Part shown: in pieces, positions 59,874-64,000 of the stretch
How positions within the stretch are numbered: position 1 is the stretch's first letter
Layout: each line of letters opens with the position of its first letter
Assembly (NCBI GenBank): GCA_028865035.1
Contig: JAGWLB010000003.1
Span: forward strand, 2,247-66,246
Origin: Patescibacteria group bacterium
GTDB lineage: Bacteria > Patescibacteriota > Minisyncoccia > Phycocordibacterales > UBA9973
Reading direction: 5' to 3'
Length of the DNA: 64,000 nucleotides
Program-made: the position numbers and the translations under genes
Notes under the pieces: generated by a model
The model's input: the letters and a program-made list of their open reading frames with translations, nothing else
What the model was told of the DNA's origin: nothing
Database searches by the model: none

Positions 59874-61262
59874 TTACTTTATAATTTTAATACCCAACTC
59901 TTTTAATTGTTTTTCTGATGCTTCAGATGGTGCACCCATCATAAGGTCTCTTCCCTCACCTGTTTTTGGAAAAGCAATAACTTCACGTATATTGGGTTCA
60001 TTCTCAAGGAGCATTACAATACGATCAATACCTTGAGCACAACCGCCGTGTGGTGGAGCACCATATTCAAATGCATTTAACATATGGCCAAAACGAGCTT
60101 CTATCGTTTCCTTACTTAATCCTAATAGTTCAAATATTTTATTTTGTAATTCTCTTTGGTGAATTCTTATAGATCCGCCACCTAACTCATATCCGTTCAA
60201 AACAATGTCGTAAGCATTCGCTCGTACAGATAATGGATCAGAGTCTAACAAGTGCATATCCTCAGATTTTGGTGAAGTAAATGGATGATGTACAGCTTGT
60301 ACTCCACCTTCCTTGTCTTTCTCAAACATTGGGAAATCTATAATCCAACAGAAGGCCAACTCATCTGGATCGTTTTTATCTTTTCTCAAATCTGGTTTAT
60401 CATTACCATATTTTTCCATAGATTCTTTATAAGTAATACGAGGGAAAGGAATTTGCTGTATTTTTTTATTTGGATATACAGATTGAACCATTTTTATAAA
60501 CATATCTTCTGTATATGAAATAATATCTTCTTGCTCAATAAAAGACATTTCATAATCTAGTTGTGTGAATTCAGGTTGGCGATCTCCTCTGGTATCTTCA
60601 TCACGCATACATTTTGCAATTTGAAAATACTTTTCAAATCCTGCCACCATACATAGCTGTTTAAATTGTTGAGGAGATTGAGGTAACACGTAAAAGTTTC
60701 CAGGCTCTAGTCTTGATGGTACAAGATATTCACGTGAACCTTCGGGGGTACCCTTAGTCATAATTGGTGTTTCAATATCAAGGAAACCATTCTCATGCAT
60801 ATGATTACGGAAAAAAGTTACGATCTTATCACGTACTCTCAAATTCTTTTGCATACGCTCAGTACGAAGATCAAGGTATTTGTATTTCATTCTTACATCC
60901 TCATTTATACCTATGGTATTTTCGTTTATTACAAATGGAGTAGTTATTGCTTCATTTAAAACTTCAATATTAATGATTTCCAGTTCTATATCTCCATTTA
61001 CGACACCTTCTTTTATATTTCGCTCGGGTCGTTTGTTGACTATACCTGAAATTTTAAGAACCCATTCGGTACGAACTTCTTTTACTTGTTCCATAGCTTC
61101 AGTATGATTTGGTAATACAACACACTGAACCTTACCACTCATATCACGCATATCCATAAACACAAGCTTACCTTGATCACGTCTAATATCTACCCATCCA
61201 GCTATTAGAACTTCTTGACCTATATAATTATTCAAATCTTTAATGTAAATACGTTTTGTCAT
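59874..61262 (-). CDS. aspS: aspartyl-tRNA synthetase (short form)
   Basis: OB fold, [38 protein letters not shown]; 462 aa. Confidence 0.95.
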   Translation of the reverse strand: MTKRIYIKDLNNYIGQEVLIAGWVDIRRDQGKLVFMDMRDMSGKVQCVVLPNHTEAMEQVKEVRTEWVLKISGIVNKRPERNIKEGVVNGDIELEIINIEVLNEAITTPFVINENTIGINEDVRMKYKYLDLRTERMQKNLRVRDKIVTFFRNHMHENGFLDIETPIMTKGTPEGSREYLVPSRLEPGNFYVLPQSPQQFKQLCMVAGFEKYFQIAKCMRDEDTRGDRQPEFTQLDYEMSFIEQEDIISYTEDMFIKMVQSVYPNKKIQQIPFPRITYKESMEKYGNDKPDLRKDKNDPDELAFCWIIDFPMFEKDKEGGVQAVHHPFTSPKSEDMHLLDSDPLSVRANAYDIVLNGYELGGGSIRIHQRELQNKIFELLGLSKETIEARFGHMLNAFEYGAPPHGGCAQGIDRIVMLLENEPNIREVIAFPKTGEGRDLMMGAPSEASEKQLKELGIKIIK

Positions 61263-61308
61263 ATTAGATTACTTTATCATAAATAAATAAATACTATAAA
61301 TTGCTGTT

Positions 61309-61581
61309 TTAATGTATATCGTTAGCTATTACAAATTCATATGGTACAGAGACTATAAATGTTATAGCCACTAACGTCCAGTAAAATGGTGTAAAAGCAC
61401 GATAAATTACGATGTCTTCAGTTTTCATTTTGAAATACCATTTCTGAACTTTAGTATTAAACTTATTAAGTGGTATGTAGACAATACCAATTACAATGGT
61501 AAGAATTACTCTCACGAATTTAACTGATCGAATTATAAATAAAATTCCAGCAACTATAATAATTATAGAAATAATTTTCAT
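61309..61581 (-). CDS. hypothetical membrane protein
   Basis: 90-aa hydrophobic ORF between trpS and aspS. Confidence 0.55.
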   Translation of the reverse strand: MKIISIIIIVAGILFIIRSVKFVRVILTIVIGIVYIPLNKFNTKVQKWYFKMKTEDIVIYRAFTPFYWTLVAITFIVSVPYEFVIANDIH

Positions 61582-61584
61582 ACA

Positions 61585-62556
61585 TTATATATTTACACCA
61601 ATATTACTGCGAATAATATTCATTTTAGTATCAGCTATACTTTTTGCTTTTTCTTTACCTTTATTTAGAATTTCTTTGACCGTATCTATATTGTTACGAT
61701 ACATTTCTCTTCGTTCACGCATAGGTTTTACAAGAGCTAAAATTTCTTCAAATAACATCTCTTTAGATTCTTTGTAACTCATTCCTCCTTTGGAATATTT
61801 ATCACGCAAATTCTGTAATTGTTCTCCTTGTAAGAAAAGTTTATGTAAAGCAAAGATATTACATTCATCTGGATTTTTTGGTTCTTCTGGTGTTTTGGAA
61901 TCAGTAACTATACCCATAACTGCTTTTTTTATTTCTTCATCAGTACCGAAAAGTGGAATTGTATTTTTATAACTTTTACTCATCTTTTGCCCATCGGTAC
62001 CTGGTATCGTAGCAACATCTTTCATTATTAATTCTTTTGGTAAAATAAATGTATCACCATATATTTTATTGAATTTTTGTGCTGTATCTCGAGCATATTC
62101 CACGTGTTGTTTTTGATCTGAGCCAACAGGTACGATTTCAGGATCATAAAGTAATATATCTGCGGCCATAAGCATTGGATAATTAAAAGTTCCTACGTTA
62201 ATTTCTGCATTTTTTGCTTCAGCATCTTTATATGCATGGGCACGCATAAGATAAGGCATAGTTGTTATAGTATCGAATATCCAAGCAAGCTCAGTATGTG
62301 CGCTTATATCTGATTGCTTAAATATTATTACTTTTTCTGGATCTATACCTATACCAAGATAATCCAAAGTGACATCTAGAATATTTTTCTCCATTTCTTG
62401 CTTATTGTGAATAAAGTTAAGAGCATGATAATCAGCTATCATAACAAAAGATTCATATTCGTCTTGTAAATCAACGAATTGACGCATAGCGCCAAAGTAA
62501 TTGCCTATATGTGGTGCACCTGTTGGTTTGACTCCCGAAAGTAATCGTTTCTTCAT
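61585..62556 (-). CDS. trpS: tryptophanyl-tRNA synthetase
   Basis: HIGN, YPMLMAADILLY, VPVG.DQ, KMSKS; start set at MKKR (62556). Confidence 0.96.
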   Translation of the reverse strand: MKKRLLSGVKPTGAPHIGNYFGAMRQFVDLQDEYESFVMIADYHALNFIHNKQEMEKNILDVTLDYLGIGIDPEKVIIFKQSDISAHTELAWIFDTITTMPYLMRAHAYKDAEAKNAEINVGTFNYPMLMAADILLYDPEIVPVGSDQKQHVEYARDTAQKFNKIYGDTFILPKELIMKDVATIPGTDGQKMSKSYKNTIPLFGTDEEIKKAVMGIVTDSKTPEEPKNPDECNIFALHKLFLQGEQLQNLRDKYSKGGMSYKESKEMLFEEILALVKPMRERREMYRNNIDTVKEILNKGKEKAKSIADTKMNIIRSNIGVNI

Positions 62557-62661
62557 ATTGTTAAATAATAGCAAAAAAGCGATAGTTTTGCACATATTAA
62601 TAACATATTTTTCCTATAATCTTGTATTTTGAATATCTACACTTATGCTACAATAAGTCTT

Positions 62662-64000
62662 ATGTCTGAATACAATTCAAAACGCAAATCAAACCTACGT
62701 GTACCTCCGCAAAGTATTGATGCCGAGAAATCCGTATTAGGCTCTATAATGATTCGCCCAGGTGCTATCCACGAGATTAACGATATTATAAGAGAAGAAT
62801 CATTTTATGTATCAAAACATTCTCAGATTTATAAAATAATGTTAGAACTTTCAAGTAAAGGTGATCCTATCGATATAATTTCATTGTCACATAAACTTGA
62901 AGAAAAAGGATTACTAGAACAAATTGGTGGAAGTAACTATCTCAGTGAACTCACAAATACTGTACCAGCTTCTACGAATATAAAGCATTACGCAGAGATA
63001 GTTAATAAAAAATATATCCTAAGAAAAATAATTGATGCTGGGTCTGATATTTCTGAGTTAGGTTTTCGTGAAGATGTCGATGATGTTTTTGAAACTTTAG
63101 ATAAGGCTGAGAAAAGAATGATGGGTATTAACAATAATGCAGGTAGTCATGCTTTTGTTTCATTAAAAGACAGTTTGCCTGAAGCTTGGGAAAGATTAGA
63201 GAAACTTCATGAGAGTAAAGGAGAACTTCGAGGTGTACCGACTGGTTTCCATGATCTTGATCAGTATCTTTCTGGTTTTCAAAAATCTGATCTAATAATA
63301 TTAGCAGCACGACCATCTGTAGGTAAAACAACTTTAGCCTTAGATGTAGCTCGTCAAGCAGCACTAAATAGTGGTACACCAATAGTCATATTCTCACTTG
63401 AAATGAGTACTCAACAACTAGTAGACAGAATGCTAGCAGCACAATCTAAAGTAAATTCATGGAATCTTCGAACAGGCAATTTATCTGCTGAGAATGAATT
63501 TTCGAAAATACGTGACTCACTTGACAAACTTTCTCGTGCACCAATATTTGTAGATGATATGGCAGGTAACTCTATAGTAAGAATGAGGTCAGTATGCCGT
63601 CGTATTCGTGCAGAACATGGATTAGGAATGATTATTGTAGATTATCTGCAACTTATGTCTACATCAAAAAATTATGACAGTATGGTCAACCAGGTAACGG
63701 AGATATCTAGATCGCTTAAAGCTTTAGCAAAGGAGTTTGATGTTCCCGTACTTGCACTATCACAGCTCTCTCGTGCTGTTGAATCTAGAGGTGGTAGACC
63801 ACGTTTATCAGACTTAAGAGACTCAGGATCTATTGAGCAGGATGCTGATGTTGTTATGTTCTTACATCGCGAAGATAAGGGTAAAGATGAGTCAGAACAT
63901 ACAAATATAGTAGAAGTGCTTATAGAAAAACATCGTAATGGCCCTGTAGGTAAAGTAGAATTATATTTTGACCAGAAATTAACAACTTTTATTTCACTTC
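62662..64000 (+). CDS. dnaB: replicative DNA helicase, runs off window end
   Basis: Hand translation: MSEYNSKRKSNLRVPPQSIDAEKSVLG...AARPSVGKT...FSLEMS...VDYLQL...LSQLSR...DLRDSGSIEQDAD...KHRNGP. Confidence 0.96.
   Translation, partial: MSEYNSKRKSNLRVPPQSIDAEKSVLGSIMIRPGAIHEINDIIREESFYVSKHSQIYKIMLELSSKGDPIDIISLSHKLEEKGLLEQIGGSNYLSELTNTVPASTNIKHYAEIVNKKYILRKIIDAGSDISELGFREDVDDVFETLDKAEKRMMGINNNAGSHAFVSLKDSLPEAWERLEKLHESKGELRGVPTGFHDLDQYLSGFQKSDLIILAARPSVGKTTLALDVARQAALNSGTPIVIFSLEMSTQQLVDRMLAAQSKVNSWNLRTGNLSAENEFSKIRDSLDKLSRAPIFVDDMAGNSIVRMRSVCRRIRAEHGLGMIIVDYLQLMSTSKNYDSMVNQVTEISRSLKALAKEFDVPVLALSQLSRAVESRGGRPRLSDLRDSGSIEQDADVVMFLHREDKGKDESEHTNIVEVLIEKHRNGPVGKVELYFDQKLTTFISL

Overview
AT-rich bacterial chromosome segment. 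Gene content and style point to Patescibacteria/CPR, probably Parcubacteria (inference from split transketolase, short AspRS, DUF4015, coiled-coil SLT/M23 proteins, L9 present and few Shine-Dalgarno sites). It is mostly housekeeping: the F1Fo ATP synthase operon, glycolysis and pentose-phosphate genes, murG-ftsW-mraY, scpAB, aminoacyl-tRNA synthetases, ribosomal proteins, dnaB and two tRNAs (Ile-GAT, Leu-TAA). Accessory modules are a SipW/TasA-like fibre operon, an orf-lexA-Pif1 operon with a GAAC-N4-GTTC box filling its promoter spacer, an FMN-bind/ApbE/RnfD-FNR flavinylation cluster, and a glycerate kinase-enolase-mini pyruvate kinase-glycerate dehydrogenase operon. The strongest unexplained signals are: (1) a GC-rich stand-alone gene at 47.6-48.4 kb that resembles a remote diversity-generating retroelement (DGR) target and has an in-frame 99-bp tandem duplication, with no RT or template repeat seen in the window; (2) a 132-bp structured trailer after tRNA-Leu, bounded by a 16-bp duplication of the tRNA 3' end and carrying antisense copies of the tRNA's D- and T-loops, ending 3 nt before the gatB ATG; (3) a dif-like 11-6-11 palindrome at 15.17 kb where gene orientation converges; (4) a perfectly symmetric bidirectional promoter between fba and pfkB; (5) an unannotated 21-aa Lys-rich ORF; (6) an 18-bp palindrome inserted in frame in gatB. 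All calls come from reading motifs by eye; no database searches were run.
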